64,000 bases of DNA from positions 67,022,001-67,086,000 of the forward strand of contig OX597822.1 of NCBI GenBank assembly GCA_951406725.2. Reading direction: 5' to 3'. This DNA comes from Octopus vulgaris. Lineage: Eukaryota. The translations under genes and the position numbers were made by a program. The notes under the pieces are model-generated. The model did not search any database, was not told the DNA's origin, and saw only the letters and a list, made by a program, of their open reading frames with translations. This document shows positions 13,410 to 26,997 of this stretch, piece by piece. How positions within the stretch are numbered: the stretch's first letter is position 1; each line of letters starts with the position of its first letter.

Positions 13410-13613
13410 AAATTCTGTCACAGGGGCTGCAATTTTGGGGGAGGGGATGAGTCGATTACATCGACCCCAGTGTTCAATTGGTACTTATTTTATCGACCCC
13501 GAAAGGATGAAAGATGAAGTCGATCTCGGCGGAATTTGAACTCAAAACGTAGCGACGGAGGATATACCGCTAAGCATTTCGTCTAGCGCGCTATTCTACT
13601 AGCTCACTGCCTT
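13410..13613 (-). mobile_element. SINE family B copy
   Basis: Reverse complement of the 12738 unit. Confidence 0.85.
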
Positions 13614-13639
13614 AAAAGCATTTATATGATATTCTCTAC

Positions 13640-13764
13640 TCCAGTATGCAACTGGTACTTAATTTATCAACCCCTAGAGGATGAAAGATAAAGTTGACCT
13701 CGGCGGAATTTGAACTTAGAATTCCCGCTAAACATTTCGCCCGTTTCTGCCAGCTCGCCGCCTT
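13640..13764 (-). mobile_element. SINE family B copy, internally deleted
   Basis: Reverse complement of the family core and head. Confidence 0.8.
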
Positions 13765-14424
13765 AGAAATATGTATATAATGCGATCATGTGTGAAAACA
13801 TCTCATGAATTTTTATGTTTATAATGTTTTCAAGAATTTCATGCCAGTTTTAAATACGCACAGTAGTCTTTTTGGTGGCTATTAATTGTTATTAATATAT
13901 GTTTTGTTACGTTCTAAGATTACGTTTTGTAAACTGATGATGCTTTCGTATTTTGTCTGTTTGTCTTATAGAATATCTAGTATTTGTATTTATATTTCCT
14001 TATTAATTATTCTGAAAATTATCAGCGAGTAGTTATAGCATACTATTTTAGATCCCACGCAAACAGGAGCTATTTAGTGAGCCTGATCCTCCCACCATTT
14101 AGTAACTCCAATTGGTTTACTGTCGGCCAAATTAAAGCAAATGACGAAATAAGGCTACATGTACTGTCATGAGGATTATTTCAGTAAATAGTCCTGGAGG
14201 CTGGATCTTAAAATCACGGTGTTCTTGGTTACACATTGTTATGTTTTAATGAAGATGAGAATGGTATCACTGTATATATATATATTACAGAGATGTACCT
14301 GCATAGCAAGTGATTTGATCTGAGATCGTGTGCTGAAACGAAAACAATTGCAGCGTGGAAGGTGTTTGTAAGCCATTTAAGAAACACACAAAAGCCGTTC
14401 GATTCGAGGTGAATCGAACGGTTA

Positions 14425-14431
<7 letters not shown>

Positions 14432-14460
<29 letters not shown>

Positions 14461-14552
14461 TGTATGTATGTATGTATGTATGTATGTATGTATGTATGTT
14501 TGTATGTATGTATGTATGTATGTATGTTTGTATGTATGTATGTATGTATGTA

Positions 14553-14594
<42 letters not shown>
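14432..14594. repeat. (ATGT)n + (AT)n microsatellite
   Basis: Visible arrays. Confidence 0.95.
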
Positions 14595-14597
<3 letters not shown>

Positions 14598-14690
14598 GAA
14601 CTGAAAAGTTTCTGGCTTTGATGAAAAGAAAATACAGAAGGATCATTTACTTATGATTTTATTTAGCATATTTCCCTCTCAGATTCACAA
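14595..14690 (+). mobile_element. Mariner-type MITE/TIR fragment related to 56261-56481
   Basis: GGGAACTGAAAAGTTTCTGGCTTT...CATATTTCCCTCTCAGATTCACA aligns with the left part of the 56261 MITE. Confidence 0.65.
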
Positions 14691-15327
14691 ATAGGGATGT
14701 ATCCTTTTCCTCGGTCTTTATTTCATGAAGCAACTTCATTATTTTGTCACCTCATTCGAATAACTGAGGAAATCATAGAATTGAGTGAGTTGAACTCCTC
14801 CACAGAGACGGTTGTGTGTTCTTTCCATAGCGGTGTGAGTGTCGTTTTTTCCTTTCCATACGTCCAAGCTGTTTCGAGCATTTTCCCTCCAGGTGCACTC
14901 ATAGATTAACTAGATCACGCAAAGAAAAGAAGAGGAGGCGATTTGATCCCAAGATTCTCAACATGCGACCTACGTCTACACGCATGCTTATAAAAACGAA
15001 GTTCAACAGTATAAACATGTATGCATACTTTACACACAACGTACACACATTCTTATGCACATACGCGCACGCATACACGCGCATATGCATACGTATGTGT
15101 ATGTGCTTATTCATGTGCATACGTTATGGATGTGTGTGTGTGCATATATGTATAATCAACAGCATGTGAAGAGAGAGATATGCGTTTTCTACGAATAATT
15201 GAGACTTAGCTCATTATTTCGAACCCTCTGTGGTCGCTCATAGCAGTTTTGAAGAGACCAACGACAGTAATAATCCATTCTACAATAGACATATCTCTCG
15301 AGATTTTGAGGAAGGAACTAACCGATT

Positions 15328-15484
15328 ACATTTACCCCAGTGCTTACCTGGTACTTATTTCATCTACCCCGGATGCATCAAAAGCAAAATCGAACCCCGA
15401 TGGAATTTGGACTGAGAGCGTAAAAACAGCTAAGCATTTTACCCAGAATGCTAAATGCTAACGATTCTGCTAGTTCGCCGCCTT
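15328..15484 (-). mobile_element. Degenerate SINE family B copy
   Basis: CCCCAGTGC...GGTACTTATTT...GGAATTTG...TTCTGCTAGTTCGCCGCCTT. Confidence 0.75.
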
Positions 15485-15586
15485 AAAGATTCTTATGATA
15501 AATATGGATACATTCACACACACGCACCTCCGCACATACACACACATACATGCAGGCGTATTTCTGTCTATCTATCTATCTATCTA

Positions 15587-15663
<77 letters not shown>

Positions 15664-16215
15664 GTATATAAAACTCACGTTTAATCAATAATTTATAAGT
15701 GTGTGTATACATGTATGTATATAAGTATGTATGCATGTATGTATATCCATCCAATAGATATGATACAGGTAAGAGCAATAAAGTGAAACTACTTTAATAT
15801 AAGATACAATCCAGGTTTTCCTATTCAATATAACCAATAATTTCTTCCATATAATACAGAAAATTTAATAAATGCCACGTGACAAAAATTGGGATTCAGG
15901 CTTGATATTTTCATTCAATTTATAGAAGACATTTATTGATTTTATTTATTACATATATTCCTGAATACGTATTTCTGGTTTTGTCTCCTGACAGCGCCTT
16001 TCCGACAAGGTAGAGGAAGCAGCCGAGCTAATTTTCCTTGAAGCTCAATCAAGATGAGATAATGTATATCATAAAGAAAATTATAGCAAAACATTTTTAA
16101 GAATTGATAAAGGAAATGTCATATTATTGAAAATATAAAACCAATATATGTATTTAAATATATTAATGGCTGTCTTATAATATATACTACTTGTAAATGA
16201 ACGCGTCTGTCTCTG

Positions 16216-16253
<38 letters not shown>

Positions 16254-16335
16254 AATTCACACACAGACAAATACACGCACATATACATATAAATGTATAC
16301 AGCTCTCTCTCTCACTCTCTTTGTCTGTTTGTCTG

Positions 16336-16389
<54 letters not shown>

Positions 16390-16434
16390 AGCATGTATAT
16401 GTGTATGTGTGCGTGTATCAACAGCTAGGCTAGT

Positions 16435-16503
<69 letters not shown>

Positions 16504-16694
16504 GAGATGCATTTGAGATACTAATTGTGGTTGGACTTTATCTTTAAAATGCATGTAAATATGGTTGCACGAATAAATTTCATATAGAACGATATACATT
16601 GTACCGTTGTAGTTAGATAGCTTTACGCGCTGGGTTCAAATCCTGATGAATATAATTTCGATTTACTTATCAGTTTAATTTCTTTTCTAATTAA

Positions 16695-17355
16695 GAAGGC
16701 AGCGAGCTAGCATAACTGTTTAGTAGCTCTTCGTCCGTTTTTACTTTTTGATTGGAAAATCTGCCGACGTCACCATTTCAATTCATCTTTACACATGTTG
16801 ATATAACAAGTACCAATCAAGTAGTGGGGTCCAACAAACTCTAATCCTCATCCTAATATTCTTCTCTCAAAATCTACTGAACGTTTACCAACATTGGAAT
16901 CCATTTTTACGTATCAAAAAGGCGATGAACAATCAGAGTCGTTGTGACGTCGGACAAAAATGGGCTTTATGGTATTCCAACCGGCATTATGTTGAGTTCA
17001 AAATTCCGCCGAGTTTCACTTTGTCTTCCATCCTTTCAAGGTTAATGAAATTAGCACCTCTTGAAGACTGGGTTCGATGCAACCGAGCCACACCTCTCAC
17101 TTCAAGACTTCGGGCTTTGAAAGAATTATTCTACAACAAGGAGTTGTCTTGATATCAGAAGCGTTAGTACGCCGAAGAAAATAATAAGCAACATTCCATC
17201 CGGCTTTATGTCCTGCGTTCAAATTCAATCAAGCTGACTTCGCCCTTTCATGATTTCGGGTCAATCAAAAATTTAACCATTGCTACATAAGTTTCAATGT
17301 AGTCAGGTAACACCATCCCATCGAAAATTGCTGGTATTGTCCCAAAATTTGAAAC
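16695..17355 (+). mobile_element. Cluster of three degenerate SINE family B copies
   Basis: Heads at about 16695 (AAGGCAGCGAGCTAGCA), 16918 and 17150, with GTTCAAA-type B-box remnants. Confidence 0.65.
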
Positions 17356-17560
17356 CTTTATTTGGTATCAAGGAAAATTAGCGGCAGATAATTGTAAGCC
17401 CTACTGATTAGAAATTTGAAGAATCTATTAGAAATCAATAACAATACAACCCTCTCATTCTCATTCTCTCTCTCTCTTTCACCCTCTCCCTTTTAAAATT
17501 TTTTGTTTCTATCTGTTTATATATATACACACACACACACATATCTATCTATCTATCTAC

Positions 17561-17623
<63 letters not shown>

Positions 17624-17848
17624 GCATCTATATATGTGTGTGAGTGTGTGTGTATGTGTACATAGGTATGCATCTGCGTATGTGTGTGTGAGTGAGATGT
17701 ATTTATGCGTGTGTACACATATATCACGAGATGGACAAATCCCAAAAGCAGTAAGAATAATACACATATATAATATATATATATATATATACATACATAT
17801 ATATACTTATATATGTATAAGTATATATACATATATATATATATATAT

Positions 17849-17929
<81 letters not shown>

Positions 17930-18177
17930 TGCATATAAATATATACATATTATACCTATATATATATAAGTATAATATGTAGTAAATTAATATTGCATTT
18001 CCGTTTGTGAGGTAGATGAAAAGCTTTTCAAAAACGCTGATATTTCCTGATGCTTGTTAGCCACTTTTGTATTAACACACAAATTTGCATCGCTACCGCA
18101 TCAGATTTAGAATATTTTCTTCATTTTCCATCATACTCATCTTCATCCTCATTGCCATGATCATCATTATCATCATG

Positions 18178-18240
<63 letters not shown>

Positions 18241-18844
18241 GGATTCGTTTGTCTGCAGCAATATTTATGTAGCATTTGATAAAAAAAGTCATTGATGGAC
18301 AGTTCCAAGAAAATACATATATATTCAAAACAGATATACTTCCGTTTGTCAGTGCTATTTCAGTATATAAATGCATGCTTACATAATACACATACACATA
18401 TTTTCTCTCCTAAAAATTATATAACTATATATAGGGAGAGTGTGTGTTTGTATAGATATATATGTATTTATGTATGCATTTTATATTCTAACGTAGCATA
18501 TACATGTATATATATATAATTCTTTCGATATTTTTTCAATATTTAGAGAATGGGACAAATGCAAATAGATCTGCTTGTACGAACGTCAGTGTTAAACTGC
18601 AGTTATCTTTGAATAAATTGGCATGAGTTAATGTTAATAAAAGGGTGTGGGGGGAGATAGTGCTATCCCTATCCATGCACCAAGAGTAAGCATTAATGAA
18701 TTGCTGTGTGCCTCAGCGTTTGATCGATGTTTTTTTTTTTTTTATCTATATGTGGAATCAATTGTGCACTTAGATTTTAAAGGATGATATGGTCTACGTT
18801 CATCTATCTATCTATCTAGCTGTTTGTCTGTCTCTCGAGTTAAT

Positions 18845-19292
18845 AGAGTGATTGTGCAATTTACCAGAGAGGGGAGGGTGCCCACATCACCTCGCCCAGA
18901 TCAACCAGAGACCTCTGACAGGAGCCTTCTAATTGATAAGAGAATTATGGAGGATAATCCTAATTGGAAGGCCTCTCGCATAGCAGAATAAGTGGATGCC
19001 AGTCCCAGAACAGCTGTCAGGTATCTCCACAAACTTGATTACTATGGCAAAGCAGCAAGAAGGAAGCCACGAATTCTACCAGTTCACATCAAGAGGAGAA
19101 ACGACTGGGCCAGTGAAATTGTGGAGTGGCCACTAGCATTTCCTGAGAGCGGTGGAGTGTGGGCTTGGAGACTCTGTGATCAAGAATTTTATGTAGAAAT
19201 ATCGCAGCCAACAATGAAACACGACAGCTATTCTGTGATGGCCTGGGGGACCAATTTCGAGCAATGGTTCATCACAGTTGGTGGAGTGTGAG
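18845..19292 (+). pseudogene. Tc1-like transposase remnant
   Basis: SPRTAVRYLHKLDYYGKAARRKPRI...KRRNDWA...QPTMKHDSYSVMAWG matches the Tc1 second HTH, RKKP linker and the VKHGGGSVMVWG region. Contains stops and deletions. Confidence 0.85.
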
Positions 19293-19477
19293 GGAAATTA
19301 GTTTGACCAAGGACGCAACTGGTACTTAATTTATCGACCCCGAAAGGATGAAAAGCAAAGTCGACCTCGGCGGAAACTGTAGAAGCTCAATATATTACGA
19401 ATGGATTGGGTGAGAAGTTAACAAGTGACCAGGAGAGCTGAAGGTGGCAATGGTGCTTAGAGAAGGAATGTTGTGTT

Positions 19478-19627
19478 CGAAATTTCCCCAAGACACCTGA
19501 TGAAGGCTGGAGGATATACCAGCCGAAACGTTGTGTTAACAACAAACAAGATGAGGACAAATATCTGTCAAATGTAAATAATGTATATAAGGTACATAAT
19601 TCCTCATCTCTTAAATATAGAACTGTA
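19478..19627 (+). mobile_element. Penelope-like terminal repeat fragment
   Basis: Contains a hammerhead; its tail (19549-19627) recurs inverted at 22538-22635, directly after a Penelope ORF remnant. Confidence 0.75.
19492..19537 (+). ncRNA. Type I hammerhead ribozyme motif
   Basis: Stem I GACAC/GTGTT; CTGATGA 19497-19503 plus one extra A; stem II GGCTGG/CCAGCC; GAAA 19525-19528; loopless palindromic stem III AACGTT; GUU triplet. Confidence 0.8.
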
Positions 19628-20568
19628 GTATATGTTTCTCTTCAATCTATAATGACTTCAAACGAAATTGAACCCGTACAATAATGATTGGTCCAATTTC
19701 ATTATCCATTAATCATTTTTATGATCCTAAAACGAAAAAGTAATTCATTTAATGTTACGTTTTTAAATGTATTTTCGATTAATCATCCTGACGAAGAAAT
19801 TTATAGAAATCTCCTCGTATTTATACCCTCGAACATTCCCTATAGAGTTGAAAACAAGAGATATAGAATTTCTCATTTGTAAACCTTATTGAAAGTTCCT
19901 CCTATCTTACAATACAATGACGCTTCCGATATTTGATTAGTTAGCTATCCTACCATCACTTGTGATATTGGTTTTACGATCGTGACATGGTGGCTAGGCA
20001 CAAATTACGTAAAACTCTATGATTAAATTTACCAAGGCTTAAGTTAAACAAAAGAGGAATCTGACATTGCTCAAGGCATCGTATTGTAAAATAATGAATG
20101 ATTCATTAGCATTCTGTATAGAGATAGAATGGTTAACACTTTCAAATGAACCTCTCGTGGAATTCTGTCACTATAACACTATAGTAGTTCTTTAAACGTA
20201 AATAGTTTATTCGGTATGCGTTGTTTAAGATTTTTTGCGGCGGATATGGCTTATGTCAGAATAATGTGAATAAATTTCAGATGGTAAGATGAAAATGAAT
20301 GAGTGTTTGAGGAGCAAATAGGAGAAAAGAGAAGATATAAAAGAAGGGTTAATTATATTGTATGTTGTTGACATTCATAAGGAAAACGTAATGAAGAATC
20401 TAACGAGTATTTTCTGACGTGACCTCTACATTATCAGTTTCATATCTGGAAAGTGTATAAAAACTTGGTCAAAACGAGATTTAGACGAAATGTAGATAAA
20501 TAGGAACTAGGCTGTATATTATGGCCATATAGCAAGAGCATTGCTTACACACATGTAATATATATGCC

Positions 20569-20780
20569 ATGATAGATCGTTAGCTCCTACACGCATTTTT
20601 TCTCTCCCTTTTTTTTTCTCCGTGTTTCTCTCCTTGTTTTTTTCTGTGTATCTTTCTGTCGAAGTGCGTAGGCTCGAAACATAAAAGACTTTTCTATTCC
20701 TGAGCGCTATACTAATACATTTGTTTGTTTGTACTCCACCTGCCTTCGTCTTTTGTTTATTTTCGTAAACTTCCCCTTTA
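20569..20780 (+). mobile_element. Dispersed repeat with a degenerate hammerhead (Penelope-like terminal repeat family)
   Basis: CTTT-CTGTCGA-A-GTGC-GTAG-GCTC-GAAA-CATA-AAAG; a related copy lies on the minus strand at 33942-34080. Confidence 0.55.
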
Positions 20781-20820
<40 letters not shown>

Positions 20821-20924
20821 TGTGTGTGTGTGTGTGGTGTGTGCGCGTGTGTGTGTGTGTGTGTTATGACCTGAATTGCGCACGTCGGTTGTAAGTATTA
20901 TATTCACACAGAACGCACTTAGGA

Positions 20925-21606
20925 AAAGCACCATTCTTTTCTCGCCAGTGATAATACCATAAAGAAAACGTTGTTTGTGACCATGTGTTAAGCGATGTCG
21001 AGCAAATAAACTGGAGATGATTGTGGAGCGTTGATTTTTTGTTGTTTTTGCTCGAAGTGTCTTAGCACCCAAGCGCCGAGTTTCTGAATCTTGATCATAG
21101 TGAAAGTGGTTCACCACAGTTTTTTTTTTTTTATCACAATCCATCTACTCCATCAGTTCTCCGGTCGCTTGACGTGGATTTCTGCGAAGAAGTTGATCCA
21201 ATCGCTCTTCATCAAACTCAGTTGGTCGACCAGAGTGTGATCCGACCTTCAGGTCAAAATTCCCATTTTTGAAGCGCGAAAATCAACGGCGACTTGGTAC
21301 TTTGAGGCATGGCTCCTCCGCCATACAGAGAACAAATCTCGAGGCAGCTTCGGCGGCCTTAACACCTTGATTAAATGCAAAAAGCAAATGGTATCGAAAA
21401 CAATCAGCTTTGTCTACTTGACATTCCATTTCAATGATCTGAAAATATACAGAAAAGAATAAAATGAAAAAAAAATCTCAAAGCACAATACCTCGTAGAG
21501 CAAAAATTCTCTTTTAAATAACATAAAACATTTTGCCAATGCGCTTTATTTCTGCGTGCATTTAAAAAATTTTTTAAATGTTCATGAATTATTCCTCAAC
21601 CCAATG
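20925..21606 (-). mobile_element. Mariner transposon 5' half (decayed transposase plus 5' TIR)
   Basis: From ATG at 21429: MECQVDKADCFRYHLLFAFNQGVKAAEAA...FSRFKNGNFDLK...SGRPTEFDEERL...LGA(WVP)...FLYGIITGEK. TIR-like TTGGGTTGAGGAATAATTCATGAACATTT at about 21577-21605. Confidence 0.9.
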
Positions 21607-21880
21607 TATGTAAACCTATGTAATATATGTCTATGTGTGTGTGTGTCTCAGGTTTGTCCTCCGCAAACACTTGAGACCCGATGCTGGTTTGTTTACATCC
21701 TAGCAACTTAGTACTAGGGTTTAAAAAAATGAAACACTTCAAAGTGATGCTGCAACATGGATGCAGTTCAATGAAAAAGGCAGTGAAATAAAGTGTAGTG
21801 TTCTTGAGCAAGACACTTTATTTCACGTTGCAATTCCATCGTCAGTCATGACCGAAGGGGGTCTCAGCATGTCAGCATGT

Positions 21881-21952
<72 letters not shown>

Positions 21953-21989
21953 TCGTTATAGATCAAAAATCAGGAGAAGAGCAAACCAT

Positions 21990-22540
21990 ATAAAATGTAG
22001 AGCAAGCGTAGGTAAGATTTTTCTCAGGTTGGTTTATAGGCATATCATGTGATCACACAAATATAGAAAGATCGTTAACAGACATAATTTAAGGATCTCT
22101 TTCAGTTGTGCACCCAATGTTAAGAAAAAATTACTTAGCACTCCTAAACCACGGACAGAGGCAGGTTGCTCATGCAGGATTAGAGATGAATACCCAGTGG
22201 ACGGCCGATGTAACACCGAGGTTACAGTGTACCTTTGCAAAGGTAACCGAGGTTACAGTGTACCTTGCAAGGGTAGCCCTAAACAGAAACAGCACAAATA
22301 TCAGTAACATCTATGCTACCACAGGGACATACACTAAAATTAATGTCGGGTCTTGTGAATCCAAATTTAAAATTCACCTGACCAACCACAGATCTTCTTT
22401 TGGGATCCCGATGAGACGCAACACAACGACACTCGTAGCATACATACGGTGCCCAAAGGACGATCATAAGTCCATTAACATCGGGTGTAAATTACTAGAA
22501 ACTTGTGGACTCTATCGCAATGGAACAAGACTATGTACTA
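21990..22540 (+). pseudogene. Penelope-like element ORF remnant (RT linker plus GIY-YIG endonuclease)
   Basis: VGKIFLRLVYRH...HKYRKIVNRHNLRISFSCAPNVK, then VGSCESKFKIHLTNHRSSF...RNTTTLVAYI...I.CKLL...Y.NGTRLC, resembling the PLE linker and GIY-YIG consensus. Frameshifted. Confidence 0.8.
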
Positions 22541-23139
22541 CAGTTCTATATTTAAGAGATAAGGAATTGTGTGCATTATTTGCATTATTTACATTATTTA
22601 CATTGTTTACACTTGACGGATATTTGTCCTCATCTTTCGAAAAACAGATGGCGTATATGTGCTCAAGTCGAACCCGAGGCGCTAGACAAGTATAGCAGAT
22701 ACAATAGAAAAGATTCAAATCAGGCAGACTACGATTAATACAAATGTGTGTGTGTGTGTGCGTGTGCAGATACCTTAGTGCGGCGGACAAAATGTCTTAC
22801 ACCACAGTATTTACAGATCCATAAATTCAAATTTCAATTCGGAAATGTTTGGCATAAGTATTGGCTCAACTAGTTTAAATTTAATTTAGGTGAAAAACGT
22901 GAAAGCCGTCTGGGAATGAACTGATTATAACACCAAGTCTCGGAGTATATTAAGCAATGCTTTCAGAAAATGAGGAAAAATAGGTGTGAGATATTGTGAA
23001 CCTAGAGAAACTGTTGCATAGAAGGGCATATTTAATGTGAGGTCCGATTGAAAGAAGATAGACGCAAAAAATCGCCTGAGATTAGGATAGAAATATGTGA
23101 ATTTGATTGGAAAATTGAGTATAAAAATGGAAGGAATAT

Positions 23140-23542
23140 CATGAACGTAATGACAATGACAATGATGATGATGATGTGGAGGTGGAAGAAGAGAGGAGGC
23201 GGCGGAGGAGATTAATTATTATGACATTTATTATGAGATTGGTGGTGATGATGACTACGACGACGACGATGAGGAGGAGGAGGAGGAGGATGACGGTGAG
23301 GTGAATGTTCAGATTTCGAGAATGATGATGATGATGACGAAAGCAACGATAAAAATGTGGGAACAAATGGAAAATATACAGAAAAAGGAAACGATGGCGA
23401 AGGAGAGAAGCGATGAATGATGAAGTGAGGGAGATGTAAAAAGAAATAAACGAAAGGGAATCTGAAAGGGAGAAAGCTGGAAAAGAGAAGAGGAGAATAT
23501 GACGACGACGACGATGCTGCTGCTGCTGCTGCTGCTGCTGGA

Positions 23543-23588
<46 letters not shown>

Positions 23589-23713
23589 TTGATGATGATG
23601 GTGCAGAATACAAGAGATAGGAAATGGTTGTGAATAATATTAACAATAATCATAACAGCAATAATTAATATTGGTAAGGAGAAAAAGAAATAGACAGGAT
23701 AAAGGTAGAGGAG

Positions 23714-23787
<74 letters not shown>

Positions 23788-23820
23788 ATATTAGTAGTAG
23801 TAGTGGTCGTGGTGGTAGTG

Positions 23821-23863
<43 letters not shown>

Positions 23864-23895
23864 GAGGAGGAGGAGGAGGAGGAGGAGGAGGAGGA
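23140..23895. repeat. Compound (GAT)n/(GCT)n/(TAG)n/(GGA)n field
   Basis: Visible arrays. Confidence 0.9.
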
Positions 23896-24461
23896 GAAAA
23901 ATAAAACGAGCTGGCAAAATAATAAAACAAAGAAAAGGATGGCGGAAAAATGAATAAAGTATAAGAGCCACCATTGGATTGAAATCAATATAAAAGCAGT
24001 GATTCCCTCTAGATATCAACCGTTGATTTCATTGTAACACAACAGCAATCTAGTATGGGCGACATCTTTTTACTACTATGCATTTGTGTGTGTTCCTTTG
24101 TGTATGTGTGTGTTAGTGTGTGTGTATGTTTGTGCTTGTATGTGTGTGTGTTTTATTAGTGAATATGTATCATTGCATGGGGATTATTAGATTGACCGTG
24201 TGCTCTTGTAATGGTGTGTTATGTCCATCTGTGAGTCGATGAGCACACGTCGAAATATGTGAATGCATACATGTGTGCGTATATTTGTATGCACATACAT
24301 ACATGCATATACATATATATGTGTGCAGACATATATGTGCGCAGATATATATGTGTGCGTGTATGTATGTGTTTCTATGTGTGTGTGTGCCTATATAAAT
24401 ATATTCAGGTATATGTATGTATGTATGTGTGTGTGTGTTTGTGTGTGTGTATGTGTGTGGT

Positions 24462-24702
24462 GGTGCGTGGCTTAGTGGTTAGGGTGTCAGCACCATGATG
24501 ATAAGATTCCGGTTTCGATTCCTGGACTGGGTGACACGTTGTGTTCTTGAGCAAAACACTTCATTTCACGTTGCTCCAGCCCACTCAGCTGGCAGAAAGG
24601 ACTAACTCTGCGATGGACTGGTGTCCCGTCCAGCTGGGGAACACATACGCCATTGAAACTGGGATACCGGGCCCATGAACCTGGCTAGGCTTTAAAAGGG
24701 CA
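24462..24702 (+). mobile_element. tRNA-derived SINE family D
   Basis: TGGCTTAGTGGTTAGG A-box, GTTTCGATTCC B-box, 3' CTGCGATGGACTGG..CCCGTCCAG; paralog at 34312. Confidence 0.85.
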
Positions 24703-24736
24703 CATTTATTATATATATATATATATATATATATGA

Positions 24737-24765
24737 TGGATAGATGGATAGATAGACAGACAGAC

Positions 24766-24835
<70 letters not shown>

Positions 24836-24842
24836 GTAGATT

Positions 24843-24907
<65 letters not shown>

Positions 24908-24970
24908 TACATAGATAGACAGACATAGATAGAAAGATAGATAGACATACAGACGGACAGACAGACAGAC

Positions 24971-25053
<83 letters not shown>
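24737..25053. repeat. (AGAT)n/(AGAC)n microsatellite
   Basis: Visible arrays. Confidence 0.95.
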
Positions 25054-25054
<1 letters not shown>

Positions 25055-26103
25055 GTATATATACATATTTATGGCATATGTGTATGTCTCTGTATGAACA
25101 TGCATATTTATAGAAGTGTCTACGTAAGTTTATAACATCTACGTATAGTTTTTACCGTTTGTATGTGCGAGTGTGTGTGTTTGTGTCGTGTGCGAGGGGT
25201 ATCTGTCGCTGTGTGTTAGTATGTCTATGTGTGCTGGTATGTGTGACTGCATGTGTGTACCTAATTGAGAGTGATTAAAATGCCTATATCTCTGTTGTCG
25301 TTTCCTCAATGCTTCTATTCATAAGTGTATGCAGAAATATAAACGCTGCGCCTTGGTTTCTGTATGTGCGCCTATGTACGTGTGATTATATACGGGTATG
25401 TATGCTATTCATATATTTAGGCCCAAATTTCTGAACAGTTTTGTAAATGTCTGTGTATGTGCCTTGTGTGTTTGGAATTGTTTATATATATTTCTTTTGG
25501 TTTCACTTTCAGATATCCATCTCTCGCAATCTTTCTCATTGCTATTGTTTCTCCCACTCTCTATAAATGTGTATTTGTGTATTTGCATTTTTGTACACGC
25601 TTGTTTCTGTCTTTGTTTCTCGAAATATACAGCTTTAGCCTGTGGCTATAGTCGTGCGCGCTTGTGTGAGTATGTGTGTGTGTCTGTGTATGTGTGTAAA
25701 CGTGTGTTAGATTGTGTGTATGTATGTGATTTTGCTGCTGACACATACGCTGTATTGCATATAGAAATATGTTGTGAATGTAAGTATATGCCTGAACCCG
25801 TTTCTTATACGTATTCTTGTGTGCAAATATGTACCCCACGTGCCACCAATAGCTTTGTATTTGTCCATGTACGTGTATGTGTGCCTTCACGCTCTCACAC
25901 ACACAAGCACGCACTCACACGTATAAATATATATGCGCGCGTGTGTGTGTGCGTGTTTGTATGTGTATGCATGTCAAAATAAACAAACATATATATGTAT
26001 ATAAATATATAATTTAGACATATATGTGTTTATTTTGATATTATATTTATACACACACATGTATGTATGTTTGAATGTAAGCATTTATGTATGTATATGT
26101 AAA

Positions 26104-26148
<45 letters not shown>

Positions 26149-26196
26149 GTATGTATGTATGTATGTATGTATGTATGCATATATGTATATGTAAAT

Positions 26197-26228
<32 letters not shown>

Positions 26229-26669
26229 GTATGAATGTTTGTATACGTATATGATTTTCTGCTTGCCCATCTGTTTCAATCATTTACGTAAGTTTATCTT
26301 TTATGAATATGTGAATGATGTTTGTAAAGGCAGCATTCTTGTTTTGAGTTGTGTCATTGTAACCCAGCAAAAGACCGCTCGTTCATTAACTGACATTGTA
26401 GACACACAAGACTTTCGCTTATTCTTTTTAAATATTATTCTGTCTTTGTATCGTCGTTTCTTTATATTCGTTACATTGTTATTATTATTTTTATTGTTGT
26501 TGTTGTTGTTGTTGTTATCATTATTACCATCAATAATAATAATAATTGTCATTATTGTTTCTGTTGTTATTCTTATTTTATGCTTTTACTATTATCGTTA
26601 TTTTTAATTCACAAACTGTATTAGCATTACCATTATCATCTTCGTAATACTCAAGCCCAATAAAGAATC

Positions 26670-26746
<77 letters not shown>

Positions 26747-26866
26747 GATAATCATTATTATCATGATAACCATTATTATCACTATTACTATCATTGTCAT
26801 TGTTATTACCGCTTTTCCTACAACAACTACTACTACTACTATTATCACTGACACTACCATTAATAA

Positions 26867-26936
<70 letters not shown>

Positions 26937-26937
26937 C

Positions 26938-26997
<60 letters not shown>

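Noticed and set aside
22215-22275. 31-bp tandem duplication containing the palindrome TACCTTTGCAAAGGTA
   Set aside because: A local duplication within the decayed Penelope ORF with no sign of independent function.
25398-25982. 194-aa Cys/Val-rich ORF
   Set aside because: Degenerate (TG)n-rich sequence produces this composition; no recognisable domain.
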